From: Candidatus Obscuribacteraceae bacterium
GTDB lineage: Bacteria > Cyanobacteriota > Vampirovibrionia > Obscuribacterales > Obscuribacteraceae
Reading direction: 5' to 3'
DNA: 64,000 nucleotides
Assembly (NCBI GenBank): GCA_044226015.1
Contig: JBGAHS010000004.1
Coordinates: 64,001-128,000, forward strand
Shown: piece after piece, positions 28,178 through 39,262 of the stretch
Layout: the number at the start of each line of letters is the position of its first letter
How positions within the stretch are numbered: the first letter of the stretch is position 1
Made by a program: the position numbers and the translations under genes
The notes under the pieces: generated by a model
Seen by the model: only the letters and a program-made list of their open reading frames with translations
What the model was told of the DNA's origin: nothing
Databases searched by the model: none

Positions 28178-29272
28178 TTATTTGCTTATGACGTTTGCAT
28201 GAATGTTTCTGAAATCACTAACAGTTGGCGCGGATGGTTTTGCTTTGCTTTCGACCCAATTGGTTGTGTACATGAGTGCGTTTGCACCATCCTTCTCAGT
28301 CATACTGTAATTCTTGTCGCCGGCCTTCCGAGTGGCGGGTTTTGAGTCAGCAGAGCTTAAAAAGGATTGCACATCTTGTGCTTTTGGAACCACAGCCGGT
28401 TTTGGCGGAGAGGCTTTATTATCACTTTCGGCTACTGCTTCTGCTGCGGCTGCTTTAATTAGTTTGGGGTACAACTTCTGGAAGAGTTTATTATTTGCAT
28501 AAACGTCCGCGGAATTTATTTTACCGTTGATGGCGAATGCCATTCCTACGATATCACTGCCAGTGGTGTCAACTTTACCAAGTTGTGTAATTACCTCCTG
28601 GCTGGCTTGCTTAACTTTTGCTGAGTCCATGGTCAATTCGAAGCTGCTTGGAGACGGCGCTGCGCAAGCGTTGCCTAATTTAGTCGAGAGCTTGCCTTGC
28701 ATTTTTGAGACTGACTCCCAAACAAAGCCCTGGTTGCCAGCTCTTTTCGCGGCTAACTTCAAGTCTTTACATGCAAGTTGATTTTTCGAAGAGTTGAAAC
28801 TAGCGGCTGACTCCGCACCTCTCTGTTGCCATCTTCCTTGTTCCACGCAAAATACAGGCAGTGGCTTGCTCGTTTTAGGTTGCAGCATCATGTCATATTG
28901 GATGGCTCTGTCTTGTTTGCCACCGCGCACAATATCACCTGATTGCAGAAAGACCACCTTGTCAGAGTTGTTAGTAACCTTCAGTTCATTGACATTGCTT
29001 GTTTCTTCAACCTTCACCATCTTTTGAGACAGCCCCTCATCCAATGTTAAGATCTCCTGTCCTTTCAAAGTTTCAGGACCTCTTATCAAATATATGCTCA
29101 GATTTTTGCTACAAATTGGCGCATCAATTTTATATTGACTCATGTTGTTAGCTTGAGTCGCCGGTTTGCTCTGTGCCTGAGCTGCAGGCGCGCTGTAGCC
29201 AGGTAACGTGCATTGCATCGTAGAAGCGAGCAATATACAGAAAGCAATTTTTTGCTTGACGGTTCCTTTCAT
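28178..29272 (-). CDS. ARPP-1 (DUF6569)-like protein with signal peptide
   Basis: TLDEGL, VNELKV.N, GDIVRGGKQDR, VFCVEQGRW, QG.VWE.V; start refined to MKGTVK. Confidence 0.75.
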   Translation of the reverse strand: MKGTVKQKIAFCILLASTMQCTLPGYSAPAAQAQSKPATQANNMSQYKIDAPICSKNLSIYLIRGPETLKGQEILTLDEGLSQKMVKVEETSNVNELKVTNNSDKVVFLQSGDIVRGGKQDRAIQYDMMLQPKTSKPLPVFCVEQGRWQQRGAESAASFNSSKNQLACKDLKLAAKRAGNQGFVWESVSKMQGKLSTKLGNACAAPSPSSFELTMDSAKVKQASQEVITQLGKVDTTGSDIVGMAFAINGKINSADVYANNKLFQKLYPKLIKAAAAEAVAESDNKASPPKPAVVPKAQDVQSFLSSADSKPATRKAGDKNYSMTEKDGANALMYTTNWVESKAKPSAPTVSDFRNIHANVISK

Positions 29273-29437
29273 CTGAAAAGCCTCTCTCGGTACGGGCTGA
29301 ATTGCCCACACTGCAGTTTAGAAGAGCGGTAATGTCAAAATGGTGGAGATATGGATCATTTTCGATCAGGGTAAATACTGAGCACTCATGGGATAATTAG
29401 ACGTTGTATCGTCCAGAGAAGTCTATGTAGAGGTGTC

Positions 29438-30382
29438 GTGGTTAGAATAGAGTGCCGATGGCTGCATAGCCTTGCGCTTCGAGTTGTTTTCCTCGCACCG
29501 CTGTTACTCGTGATGACAGCTATACCCTTTCTTGCAAGCATAGCCAACGAGCCAGGAACTCAAATGAAGAAATGGAATTCGCTTCAGGCAATCGATATAC
29601 ATGCGCATATAGGAAGTTTCAAGGGCTTTGAGATGGGAAGGCAAGCGTTAATAGCCAACGTGAAACGCTACGGCATAAGAATGGCTCTGGTGTCGAATGT
29701 TGATGGTGCTGAGTTGCCAGGCATCACTGCTAACACAGGTCAACAAAAGGCTAACGAGGAAACTGAAAAGCTTGTTCTATCTGACCCACAACACTTCAGA
29801 GGTCTAATCTGGGTTACACCACATACTGCTAAATTGGAGTTAGCGAAGCATTTCATCGATTTGCGGCTGAAGGATGATGCTGATAAGCCCGTTTTTGTTG
29901 GAATGAAGTTTCATCCGGAGTTTGATCACTATTGGGCTGATGATTCTACCCTTGACCCATACCTGGACCTTTGCGAAGAAAACGGACTGGTTGCTGTCTT
30001 TCATTGCGGTGCACCTGGCTCTAAGTCTGAACCAGAACGCATCTACAAATCGGCAAAAAGACATCCGAAGGTTCCCGTAGTGCTTTACCATATGGGTTTT
30101 AATAGCGATCACCTTGATGCTATTTCAACAGTTGCTCAAGCTATCAAAAACAAAGATGCTGATCTGTACGTAGATACTGCGCAGTGCTCGACCACTGCCG
30201 TTGTCGCCGCTGTAAAACGATTGGGTGCTAATCGTGTGCTTTTTGGAACTGATGCAACATACTATGGCGGTGAACATTATCATCATTACGAAGAAATGAT
30301 AGATAAGCTTCGAGATGTTCTTTCCCCGCACGACTTTGCATTGGTCATGCGCGATAATGCGATAAGGCTTTTTCACCTTTAG
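29438..30382 (+). CDS. Amidohydrolase family 2 protein
   Basis: IDIHAH, GMKFHP, FHCG, LYHMG, VLFGTD; start uncertain. Confidence 0.88.
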   Translation: MVRIECRWLHSLALRVVFLAPLLLVMTAIPFLASIANEPGTQMKKWNSLQAIDIHAHIGSFKGFEMGRQALIANVKRYGIRMALVSNVDGAELPGITANTGQQKANEETEKLVLSDPQHFRGLIWVTPHTAKLELAKHFIDLRLKDDADKPVFVGMKFHPEFDHYWADDSTLDPYLDLCEENGLVAVFHCGAPGSKSEPERIYKSAKRHPKVPVVLYHMGFNSDHLDAISTVAQAIKNKDADLYVDTAQCSTTAVVAAVKRLGANRVLFGTDATYYGGEHYHHYEEMIDKLRDVLSPHDFALVMRDNAIRLFHL

Positions 30383-31482
30383 TTATTGGATTTGCTAGTT
30401 TGCCAATAACGGCGGACATCGATTTTCTCTAGCCCGCCGCCGCCCTTGACCCAGAATAAAGGCGCTTGCATATATGGAATATCGTGCTTTCCGAAGCCCA
30501 GGCTGTCCACAATCATGTCTGGATTGCTGTGAAAGCAAATGAAACTGCCGTCAAAGTCGCCAAAGTATTTGTTGCCCGCCACGCCATTTTCGCTAACTGC
30601 TAGCGCCATGTCCACGGGAATCCAACCTATATGCTCACAGTAGACTTCCGCTTTAACATGAAATTGACCTCGCATCGGAGTTGTACTATCCATGTCGGGC
30701 TCTGACTTCAGCCAACGACCGATCAATGGACGTGACGGAATGGAATTAGCTCTCATGATTGCACTAAACAAAAATGATAAGCCACCGCAATCGGTGGCAT
30801 TGCTTCTGCAAAGGTTTGAAACTGTTCTCAACTGGTTTTCATCAAAGTTATAAGAGTAGAGCTGCCTCAACTTTTGAAACACTCTCCAGGCAAAATCTAA
30901 GTCGCGCTCTTGAACTACTTTTCGTAGCCCTTTCTCCTGCATCCAATTTTGAAACTCCGGCGATTTGAAATCTAGAGTTTTCCCCGGAAGAAGATTCCAG
31001 TCTCTCTCTTGTATCGATAATATCTCTGATTGTCCGCTACCATTTACAAGCTTTTTAGCAAAGAGGCTCATTCTGTATTTTGCGGTGACCTTAAGGTGTT
31101 TTGTACCTTCAGAATTCTGCACCGGTACGATTATTTGAATTATTTTGCGGTGTAACTGACTCAGCTCGTCAACAAGGTTATATTCATGCGTTCTGCCAAA
31201 CACCATTACTTCGGCTCTTTTTAATTGCTGGCTGGTCTGCATTGTAGGAGGATATGGTTCATAAACTATCCACTCATTAGCGACTAGTTCTGGGGCTCGA
31301 ATGTCCATATCCAGTGCGCCATCGACTTCAGCTGCGCTCTTAAGTTCCAGATGGCATTCTTGCATTGGAAATTTGCTGATTTCATGAGCAAGTGCAGTAC
31401 GTTCTGGCATACCCGCGCAAAGAAACCACAGCATTGCCATTGCCAGCAATGAATAATGTATGGTCTTCGTCTTCACCAGCAT
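30379..31482 (-). CDS. Secreted transglutaminase-like protein
   Basis: Triad DCGG / FHVKAE / WIPVD; signal peptide. Confidence 0.85.
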   Translation of the reverse strand: MLVKTKTIHYSLLAMAMLWFLCAGMPERTALAHEISKFPMQECHLELKSAAEVDGALDMDIRAPELVANEWIVYEPYPPTMQTSQQLKRAEVMVFGRTHEYNLVDELSQLHRKIIQIIVPVQNSEGTKHLKVTAKYRMSLFAKKLVNGSGQSEILSIQERDWNLLPGKTLDFKSPEFQNWMQEKGLRKVVQERDLDFAWRVFQKLRQLYSYNFDENQLRTVSNLCRSNATDCGGLSFLFSAIMRANSIPSRPLIGRWLKSEPDMDSTTPMRGQFHVKAEVYCEHIGWIPVDMALAVSENGVAGNKYFGDFDGSFICFHSNPDMIVDSLGFGKHDIPYMQAPLFWVKGGGGLEKIDVRRYWQTSKSNN

Positions 31483-31487
31483 TCTGG

Positions 31488-32474
31488 TTATTTAGAGAAT
31501 AGCGCCTCTACGAATACCGGCGGCTCAAAGTCTCTGAGATCGTCTATTTTCTCGCCGAGACCGACTAACTTAACTGGCAAATTCAAGTCTTTGGCGATAC
31601 TGAATACGATGCCACCCTTTGCACTTCCATCAAGCTTACTTAGAATGACACCGGTCAGGGGGCAACTTTCGGCAAAAAGTTTTGCTTGCTGCAGTCCGTT
31701 TTGACCTACTGACGCATCGACTACTAGAAGCGATTCTACGCTGCATCCCTGAGCGTTTTTATCGAGAACTCCACGTATCTTTTTCAGCTCAGCCATAAGG
31801 TTTGCTTTGTTATGCAATCTACCTGCTGTGTCAATAATGAGCAGGTCGTAGGATTCTGCACGTGCACGCTCGATAGCCTTGTACACGACGGCGCCAGGGT
31901 CTGAACCATCAGGTAGTCTGACAATATCCACACCAGCGCGTTCTGCCCAAATTTCAAGTTGCGTCTCTGCTGCTGCTCTGAATGTATCGCCTGCTGCAAG
32001 TAAAACTTTCTTGCCTTGCTGTCTCATACGGTAACAGAGCTTACCAATGCTAGTTGTTTTGCCTGTTCCATTTACACCGACAACAAGAACGATGGAAAGC
32101 CCTTCATCAGCTAATTTGAGCTGTGAACTAGGAGCCGATGCCAACATGCTCGTAAATTCGCGTTTCAAAAATGCCTCGACATCGTGTGAGTTCCACATTT
32201 TTGCCAGAGCTTCTTTACGCATGTGCTCGACTAGCGATTCGGCGGTGGCGATTCCCACGTCAGCTCGAATCAGCTTCTCTTCAATTTCACTGAGATAGTC
32301 TTCGTCGACCGCGCGTGCCGGTGCGCGATTTCCACTGCTGGAAGCAACTGCCACTCCGCCCTGTCCTTCGTCTTCTACGATTGAATCGACAAGGGTAGTT
32401 TTTGTTTTAGTGAGGGCAGTTTTGAGTTTGCCCAGAGCCGTCCCCCACCATCCGCTTTTTTCTTTATCTTCCAT
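31488..32474 (-). CDS. ftsY: SRP receptor FtsY
   Basis: [31 protein letters not shown]. Confidence 0.97.
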   Translation of the reverse strand: MEDKEKSGWWGTALGKLKTALTKTKTTLVDSIVEDEGQGGVAVASSSGNRAPARAVDEDYLSEIEEKLIRADVGIATAESLVEHMRKEALAKMWNSHDVEAFLKREFTSMLASAPSSQLKLADEGLSIVLVVGVNGTGKTTSIGKLCYRMRQQGKKVLLAAGDTFRAAAETQLEIWAERAGVDIVRLPDGSDPGAVVYKAIERARAESYDLLIIDTAGRLHNKANLMAELKKIRGVLDKNAQGCSVESLLVVDASVGQNGLQQAKLFAESCPLTGVILSKLDGSAKGGIVFSIAKDLNLPVKLVGLGEKIDDLRDFEPPVFVEALFSK

Positions 32475-32477
32475 TTT

Positions 32478-33275
32478 CTATCTCCCAACCGGTTCGCTCG
32501 TCACTGAGCGATCACCATCATTGTCTTGAGCAGACAAATTGAGTTCACCTGTAAGTCTAAACTGTTCTGCATCTTCTCTGAGGTCTGCCAAAACACCATT
32601 GATGAATTTGGCTGCTCGTTCATCAGCAAATCTATGTGCTAATTCCACTGCCTCATTGATCACCACTTTTAGTGGAACGTCAGGCATAAAGAATGCTTCA
32701 GTGCAAGCGAGTCTAAGAATGTCTCTGTCGATGCTAATCATTCTGTCCATGCGCCATTTCGTTTTTATGGTTGAAATGATTTGATCGACTCTTTCTCTAT
32801 TATCAAAATACTGTCCCAAAAGTTCTACAAGGAACTGCTTCACGTCTGTAGAACCGGCTTTTCTGACAAGAAACTTCTGGTCGTTACCACACTTCTCGCA
32901 ATGAACATGTGTTGGAAGATGATCAGACGAAATAGTCATTTCTGGAATGTCTAATGCTTCCGAGATCAAATGCATTGAAATTTCAATTAGCTCAATTTGC
33001 TTTTTCAGGTCTTCCGTTGTGAAAGGTACCTTCTTCAAGTCAGCAATCTTTCTTGCATTGCTGGGATGATTGAGTTCGTATTCGTTCACTTCTTGATTGG
33101 CTTTTGTCAAGTACGAATTCGCTTCTGACAAGCACTGGCGGGCATGTTCGGTCAGAATTTGGACCGAGCGGCACAAGAGTGTATCGAATTCCATGCGTTC
33201 TAGTTGCTTCTTATCTTTTGGCAACTGCGGCATTATGATTACAGCAAGCTCTCTGGCGATGCGACGTGCAGACAT
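32478..33275 (-). CDS. nusB: Transcription antitermination factor NusB (extended, cyanobacterial type)
   Basis: ARRIARELA, WRMDRM..IDRDILRL, VINEAVELA, FINGVL; start refined to MSARR. Confidence 0.93.
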   Translation of the reverse strand: MSARRIARELAVIIMPQLPKDKKQLERMEFDTLLCRSVQILTEHARQCLSEANSYLTKANQEVNEYELNHPSNARKIADLKKVPFTTEDLKKQIELIEISMHLISEALDIPEMTISSDHLPTHVHCEKCGNDQKFLVRKAGSTDVKQFLVELLGQYFDNRERVDQIISTIKTKWRMDRMISIDRDILRLACTEAFFMPDVPLKVVINEAVELAHRFADERAAKFINGVLADLREDAEQFRLTGELNLSAQDNDGDRSVTSEPVGR

Positions 33276-33373
33276 GTTTAGACTCCGATGAACAGCAAAA
33301 AGCTTGTGAAAGTATGGTTCGCGGCAATTCATCATGTTACCATGGCGTCGTTTCGCTCAATCGAGGATCTTTA

Positions 33374-33934
33374 ATGCGAATAACTGGGGGAGAGTCGCGC
33401 GGTCGGGTGATTGCCGGCCCTGAGGGACTTGAGCTGCGTCCAACGGGCTCTAAAGTGCGACAGGCTTTCTTTAACATTCTTCAGAACAAGCTTAAAGGTT
33501 CTTCTTTTCTTGATGTCTGCGCCGGCACCGGGCTCATGGGCATCGAAGCTCTCAGCCGGGGTGCAGGGAGCCTGATTTCCATCGAAGAGAACAGAAAGAT
33601 AGCAAAAAATATCGAAGCTAATTTGAAACATCTTGGCTACGATGGGGAAGTCATCGCTGGCGACCTTCGCCGCGTTTTGCCCATTCTCGAGCCGCGCGCT
33701 TTCGATATCATTTATGCTGACCCACCCTATAAAATGGGGCTCTCGGAACCTATTTTGGAACTTGTCGAGAAGCATACATTGCTCGACGATGAGGGAATTC
33801 TAGTTATTGAGCATTTGCGCAGTCTTGAACCGCCAGAAGCATGCGGGTGTTTGCTGCGGACCTCACTACGACACTATGGTCAGACCAGTTTGTCCTTCTA
33901 TTCAGAATCGAGCAAGAAGAGTGCTGATTTTTGA
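33374..33934 (+). CDS. rsmD: 16S rRNA m2G966 methyltransferase RsmD
   Basis: MRITGG..RGR, LRPT, AGTG.MGIEALSRGA, DPPY. Confidence 0.95.
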   Translation: MRITGGESRGRVIAGPEGLELRPTGSKVRQAFFNILQNKLKGSSFLDVCAGTGLMGIEALSRGAGSLISIEENRKIAKNIEANLKHLGYDGEVIAGDLRRVLPILEPRAFDIIYADPPYKMGLSEPILELVEKHTLLDDEGILVIEHLRSLEPPEACGCLLRTSLRHYGQTSLSFYSESSKKSADF

Positions 33935-34083
33935 GGCTGCGACGGCTCGGTTCCTCGGATTCAAAAGTTACGTGAGAGTTAACTGAGCTCCGTGAAAACT
34001 GTTAACTTTGCGCATTACATCATGAAGCCGAAAACCTGCTGCGCTAATTTTGACCGGTTGGGATCGAATCTGGACCTATACCG

Positions 34084-36702
34084 CTATGTGTCTTGTTCGA
34101 AGTCATTGCTGCAACAATCTATTATAAGAGGTGTGTTGCTATCTGCAGGTTTCTGGTTCTGCATCTCGCCATAGAACTCAGCTTGATCAGGCTTGCCTGC
34201 CGTAGCTGTGGTGTTATTTGTAGTGGCGCTGTCACTGCTAGCGCTGCCACCGCCTGTAGTATTGTTGCTATCAGCTGATTTGTTTGTTGAACTTGGCGGA
34301 ACTGGCATACGTCCTGTAGTTGTAGAGGGATATTTGAGTCGGTCGTGATGAAGTGTTCTCCAGACTCTTACGAAACCTCTCTTGACCTTTTCCAGCTCTT
34401 CTATCGTCAGCTCAGATTCATTGAACTGTCCGTCATCCCAACGAGCTTTGAATACGTTTGAGATTGCAGTTTCTACTTCTTCCATGGTCGGATTGCGCAT
34501 GCTGTGTGTTACGGCTTCAGAAACATCTGCAAGCATAACGATCGCGCTTTCCTTTGTTTGTGGCTTGGGTCCGGGGTACCGATAGTGGTTCGGGTCCACA
34601 TTCTCAGCGCCATCGCGCTGACATGCTTTATGATAAAAATAGGCTATGACTGTGGTGCCTTGATGTTCAGGAATGAATGCTTGCACCGCTTTTGGCAAGC
34701 CATATTTTTGTGCAAGGGCAAGACCATTTGTTACATGCGAGAGCACCTTTTCGCGCGACTCTTCTGGAGGAATGAAGTCGTGAGGGTTTTTGTCTCCTAG
34801 CTGATTTTCAATAAAGTAACGAGGCGTCACCATCTTTCCTATGTCGTGATACATCGCCCCTGTATGCACGAGATTCACGTCAACCCCAATGGCTCTAGCT
34901 CCGCCTTCTGCCAGGTTTGCCACCGCCAGGCTGTGCTGATAAGTTCCCGGTGCATTTTCTTCAAGCTGACGCATCAAAGGTTGATCTGGCTCAGCTAGTT
35001 CGGCTATGCGATATGGGGTCAAGATGCCGAAAATGTTTTCCAAAAATGGCAATGTTCCGATTGCTGCGATTGATGAAACCAAGCCTCCCAACATTTCCAT
35101 AGGAAGCGCCGACGGTAATTTAGCAAGTTGTCCGGGACTGCCGCTGATTATTATCGCAGCTGTGTAGCCGAGCATTTGCATGAGACCTATTAGTAGACTT
35201 GTGAACATCAAATCACTGCGTCGTTTGACACTGGCTCCTAAGGCCATTCCTGCAGCAGCGCCCACTGCGACCAGGTGCGCACCGGAAAGTAGGTCGCTTA
35301 CACTCAGGAAAAGTAGAATTAGTGCTGTAAGAATTGCTGTTAGCTTTCTGCCGTAGATAACCGAGAGTATTAATGCTGTTGCTGGAAGCGGCACAAACTG
35401 CGGGAATTGCTGAGGCATGAACAGAGCCACTGCTACCGTGACGATTGACACAGTAGCCATTAGTGCCACCGAGGACGGTGAAAAGAATAGCTTGGCTTCG
35501 TAGGTGTAAAGATATACCCCAAAAAGAATGTAAGCAGCGAAAAGCGATATTGCGATGACGGTGGCCAAGCCAGGGTCACTTACTTCTGTTATACCTAATG
35601 CGGTCAACGTTTTTGCTTCTTCAGCACTGATGGTTTCGCCCTTGTGCACTATTACTGCGCCAGCATCGATTTCTTTCATAACAGGTTTGACGGCAGTAAC
35701 AGCATCTTTCATTCGAGCTTCAGTTGCTGCCTGGTCAATGATTACATTCGTTTCGAGCCTGTTCGCAACAAATTTTGCAGCGCGCAATCTTACTGCGCTC
35801 TCGATTCGTTCTGGTAAAAACTCGTAAACTTGAAGCTCCCACTCGCTTTTGTCAACGAAGGGTTGCAAGCTTATGTTGTCCAGTAATTTCTGTACAGACG
35901 AATTCAATTCTTGATAGAACAAATTTGCTTCGTCTGGCTTGAGAGAAGCACTAAGCAGCAGTGCGTCGTGGTCAAATGTCATTGACTTTGATCTCAGTAT
36001 TTCGAACTGAGCGCGTGAAAGCTCGATTTTTGCCAACCATGCTTGCACTGAATTAGTGGAAGCTGCTTGAGTTGTCGCACCAGATATGGTGTCATTGCCT
36101 TTCGATTTTTGGTTGGCTCTTTTAACAGGGGCGCCAGTGCCTTTTTTACTGGAAGCCGGTTTGGGAACTAGAATTTGTGCTTCGGCATTTGCTGAAATGG
36201 TTTTATATATGGTGCTCAACCGAGAGTCTGCTATGGGGCACTCATCTAGTTTGTTTTTCAAACCATTAGCAAATTGCTCAAATTTCTCCTTCGGTAGTTC
36301 AAGCAAATAAACCTGGTCTTCGGCACTCAGCGCTGGGGCTCCTGGCAGTGGCAAAACAGACTGCTTTTGCAGTTCGCTCATCTTTTGAACACTGTTTTTG
36401 ACCTGGCTCATGACATCGGCGCACTTATGAGCGTCTCGTCGAAGAGCGGGAAGAATTGTCCGCTTAGCTAATTCAGCTTGCTCCTGAGTTTTTTCCTCAT
36501 CTGGAACATAGGCGCGATTCGGCGAGACGAGGTCTTGCTCTGCCACATCGCCAGCTTTGATGTGGTGTCCATAGTAATGGGGACCCGCCAGTATCAATAG
36601 CAAGATCACATAGCTCGAACAAACTACGATGAACCAGGCTAAGGTTCCTGCGAGAGAATAATTGGGGGCTTTATTTGCAGCCTTCGTCTGACTTCCAGTC
36701 AT
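34084..36702 (-). CDS. 7TM-HD phosphohydrolase (PgpH-like)
   Basis: Large extracytoplasmic region, 7 TM, APGTYQHS, YHDIGK, FIENQ, YRYPGPKPQ, MLAD. Confidence 0.9.
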   Translation of the reverse strand: MTGSQTKAANKAPNYSLAGTLAWFIVVCSSYVILLLILAGPHYYGHHIKAGDVAEQDLVSPNRAYVPDEEKTQEQAELAKRTILPALRRDAHKCADVMSQVKNSVQKMSELQKQSVLPLPGAPALSAEDQVYLLELPKEKFEQFANGLKNKLDECPIADSRLSTIYKTISANAEAQILVPKPASSKKGTGAPVKRANQKSKGNDTISGATTQAASTNSVQAWLAKIELSRAQFEILRSKSMTFDHDALLLSASLKPDEANLFYQELNSSVQKLLDNISLQPFVDKSEWELQVYEFLPERIESAVRLRAAKFVANRLETNVIIDQAATEARMKDAVTAVKPVMKEIDAGAVIVHKGETISAEEAKTLTALGITEVSDPGLATVIAISLFAAYILFGVYLYTYEAKLFFSPSSVALMATVSIVTVAVALFMPQQFPQFVPLPATALILSVIYGRKLTAILTALILLFLSVSDLLSGAHLVAVGAAAGMALGASVKRRSDLMFTSLLIGLMQMLGYTAAIIISGSPGQLAKLPSALPMEMLGGLVSSIAAIGTLPFLENIFGILTPYRIAELAEPDQPLMRQLEENAPGTYQHSLAVANLAEGGARAIGVDVNLVHTGAMYHDIGKMVTPRYFIENQLGDKNPHDFIPPEESREKVLSHVTNGLALAQKYGLPKAVQAFIPEHQGTTVIAYFYHKACQRDGAENVDPNHYRYPGPKPQTKESAIVMLADVSEAVTHSMRNPTMEEVETAISNVFKARWDDGQFNESELTIEELEKVKRGFVRVWRTLHHDRLKYPSTTTGRMPVPPSSTNKSADSNNTTGGGSASSDSATTNNTTATAGKPDQAEFYGEMQNQKPADSNTPLIIDCCSNDFEQDT

Positions 36703-36833
36703 GAGAACTAGTCGTAATACCAGCCATCTAGGAACACCCCATCATACCCGTAAAATCGAGAAACTTAACAAATTGCCAGATTTTACCCGGCAAAAAGCTT
36801 CCGCGGTCTGATAAAGGTAATTTTCCTTGTGAA

Positions 36834-37877
36834 CTAGTTATCGGTGTTGAGAGTTTTCTTCACACGGTAAATCAGCTTATCTTGCGATTCATGGTAGGTA
36901 CGCATCAATATTTCCGCAATCAGTCCCATGAAAATGAACTGCACGCCGAGCATTATGCACATCGCAACGAGCACTGGCAGTGGAGTGAGGATGAATGAGG
37001 TTGCGTACTGGAACTTCAGAATCAGCATCCAGACAAATCCGAGGAAGCCACCTGCAAAGCAAAGGAAGCCCATCGAGCCGAACATGTGAATTGGCTTGGT
37101 TGCGTAAGAAGACAGGAATTTTACAAGTATGAGGTCAAGCGCAACCTTGAAGGTACGCGACAAGCCGTACTTTGATTGCCCAAATTGTCTTGCATGGTGG
37201 GTGACTGGAATTTCAGTCACTTTTGCGCCCATCCAGCTTGCATAAATCGGCACAAATCTGTGCATTTCGCCATAGAGTCTGACATCTTTTATGACATCAC
37301 GACGATATGCTTTCAGCGAACAACCGTAGTCGTGAAGCCTGACTCCACTTATGACGGAAATGAGTTTGTTTGCAGTCCATGAAGGAATCAGACGTGTGAA
37401 AAACTCGTCTTGTCTCTCTTTTCTCCAACCGCTGACGCAGTCAAAGCCTTCATCTAATTTCTGAAGCAGACGAGAAATGTCTACGGGGTCATTTTGAAGG
37501 TCGGCGTCCATCGGGATAATGATGTCCCCGGTGGCGTAGTCGATGCCGGCTGCTAGAGCGGCAGTCTGACCAAAGTTTCTGACGAAGCGCACACAATGAA
37601 TTCGCTTGTCTTTCGCAGCGATTTCTTCAAGCAATTCCCATGAACGGTCCTTTGAACCGTCATCAACCAGAACTGCTTCCCAGGTTCGCCCAAGGCTATC
37701 GAGAGCGCTCACCAGCTTTTCATACAAGCGTGGCAAACTTTCCTCTTCGTTGTAAACGGGAACCAGCACCGAAATTTCCGGCGCCTTTCTGTTTTCGACC
37801 GCGGTCGCTTTGACTGCCGCACGTTCAGCTGGAACGTGACTAGCCTCGTCGCCCGGAGGGCTGAAATCAGTACTCAT
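36834..37877 (-). CDS. GT2 polyprenol-phosphate glycosyltransferase (ArnC/GtrB-like)
   Basis: VPVYNEE, VDDGS, RNFGQTAAL, MDADLQNDP, HDYGC, two C-terminal TM segments; start uncertain (37877-37928). Confidence 0.9.
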   Translation of the reverse strand: MSTDFSPPGDEASHVPAERAAVKATAVENRKAPEISVLVPVYNEEESLPRLYEKLVSALDSLGRTWEAVLVDDGSKDRSWELLEEIAAKDKRIHCVRFVRNFGQTAALAAGIDYATGDIIIPMDADLQNDPVDISRLLQKLDEGFDCVSGWRKERQDEFFTRLIPSWTANKLISVISGVRLHDYGCSLKAYRRDVIKDVRLYGEMHRFVPIYASWMGAKVTEIPVTHHARQFGQSKYGLSRTFKVALDLILVKFLSSYATKPIHMFGSMGFLCFAGGFLGFVWMLILKFQYATSFILTPLPVLVAMCIMLGVQFIFMGLIAEILMRTYHESQDKLIYRVKKTLNTDN

Positions 37878-38142
37878 GCTAGTGATAACTTCATAACTCA
37901 TGCGGGCATTATACGACTGCCCTACCATCTCACACCTTGGTTTCCTATAAGCTTCTGTTGGCTACGTCCCGTTTACATCGTCAACACTGGCTTTCTGACT
38001 ATATTGGGTTTCTTTTCATCCTTTTGTGCTTATATTTTGGTAAGGTTCGCATCTATTTTTGCGGTCCTCTCATCAAAACGCTTTGCTAATGGCATTTCCA
38101 GTGATGCGCGGTCATTCGTCGAAGCGCTTATAATAGTGAGCT

Positions 38143-39261
38143 ATGGCGATCATTCCCAGTTCAATAGATGACATGCCCGGCGAAGACGACTCGTCTGCAG
38201 AGAAAAGCGAGCGCCCAAAGGCTCGGCGCACCGGCGTTCTTTCAGCTAAGGAAAGTATGTCTGACCGCAAGGCTGAAATTACTTTGCGCCCGCAAACTCT
38301 AGCGGAGTATATAGGTCAGACACGTACTCGCTCTATGTTGGAGATGTCGGTTGCAGCTGCGAAGTCACGAAAAGAGCCACTTGATCACATTCTATTTTAT
38401 GGACCTCCGGGGCTTGGCAAAACTTCATTATCAAATGTAATCGCCAACGAGATGGGCGCGAAAATGCATTTGAGTTCTGGTCCTGCGCTTGAGCGCCCGC
38501 GCGACATCATTGGTTTATTGCACCAGTTAGAAGCTGGTGATGTTCTCTTTATAGATGAGATTCACCGGCTCAACCGCATAGCAGAAGAGTTGCTTTACCC
38601 TGCAATAGAAGACTTCGCAATTGATTTGACTGCAGGGAAGGGTCACGCGACGCGAACTATGCGCTTACCATTGCCGCGCTTCACATTGATAGGTGCCACC
38701 ACTAAAGCTGCGATGCTATCCAATGCACTTCGCGATAGATTTGGTTTTGTGTTGCGCCTGGATTTCTATAATCTAGAAGAACTTGGACAAATTGTCAGTC
38801 GAACCGCGTCTATTCTGGATATACAAATCGAGGCGGAAGCGGTGAAAATTGTTGCTGCAAGAGCTAGAGGTACGCCTCGAATAGCCAACCGTTTGGTTCG
38901 CCTGGTGCGAGACTATGCACAATTTAAAGGACACCCCGTTGTTGATGAAGACATAGCGGCGAGTGCTCTTGAGACATATCAGGTTGACGCGCAGGGCTTA
39001 GACCCTACCGACAGGCGTTTACTTTCTGTGATTATCGATGCCTATGCAGGTGGTCCTGTTGGGCTTGAAGCTGTTGCCGCCAGCTTGGGTGAAGATAGCG
39101 ACACTGTTGAAGATGTTTATGAACCTTACCTGATTCAGTGTGGATTAATACAACGCACTCACAGAGGTCGTGTCGCAACTCCAGCTGCCTATGCTCATCT
39201 CGGCAAGTCGGCTCCGGGAGGGCAACTCAGTTTGAAACTCAGCTCTGATCTGGAGAGCTAA
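38143..39261 (+). CDS. ruvB: Holliday junction branch migration helicase RuvB
   Basis: LRPQTL.EYIGQ, GPPGLGKT, FIDEIHRL, RGTPRIANRL, EPYL. Confidence 0.97.
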   Translation: MAIIPSSIDDMPGEDDSSAEKSERPKARRTGVLSAKESMSDRKAEITLRPQTLAEYIGQTRTRSMLEMSVAAAKSRKEPLDHILFYGPPGLGKTSLSNVIANEMGAKMHLSSGPALERPRDIIGLLHQLEAGDVLFIDEIHRLNRIAEELLYPAIEDFAIDLTAGKGHATRTMRLPLPRFTLIGATTKAAMLSNALRDRFGFVLRLDFYNLEELGQIVSRTASILDIQIEAEAVKIVAARARGTPRIANRLVRLVRDYAQFKGHPVVDEDIAASALETYQVDAQGLDPTDRRLLSVIIDAYAGGPVGLEAVAASLGEDSDTVEDVYEPYLIQCGLIQRTHRGRVATPAAYAHLGKSAPGGQLSLKLSSDLES

Positions 39262-39262
39262 A

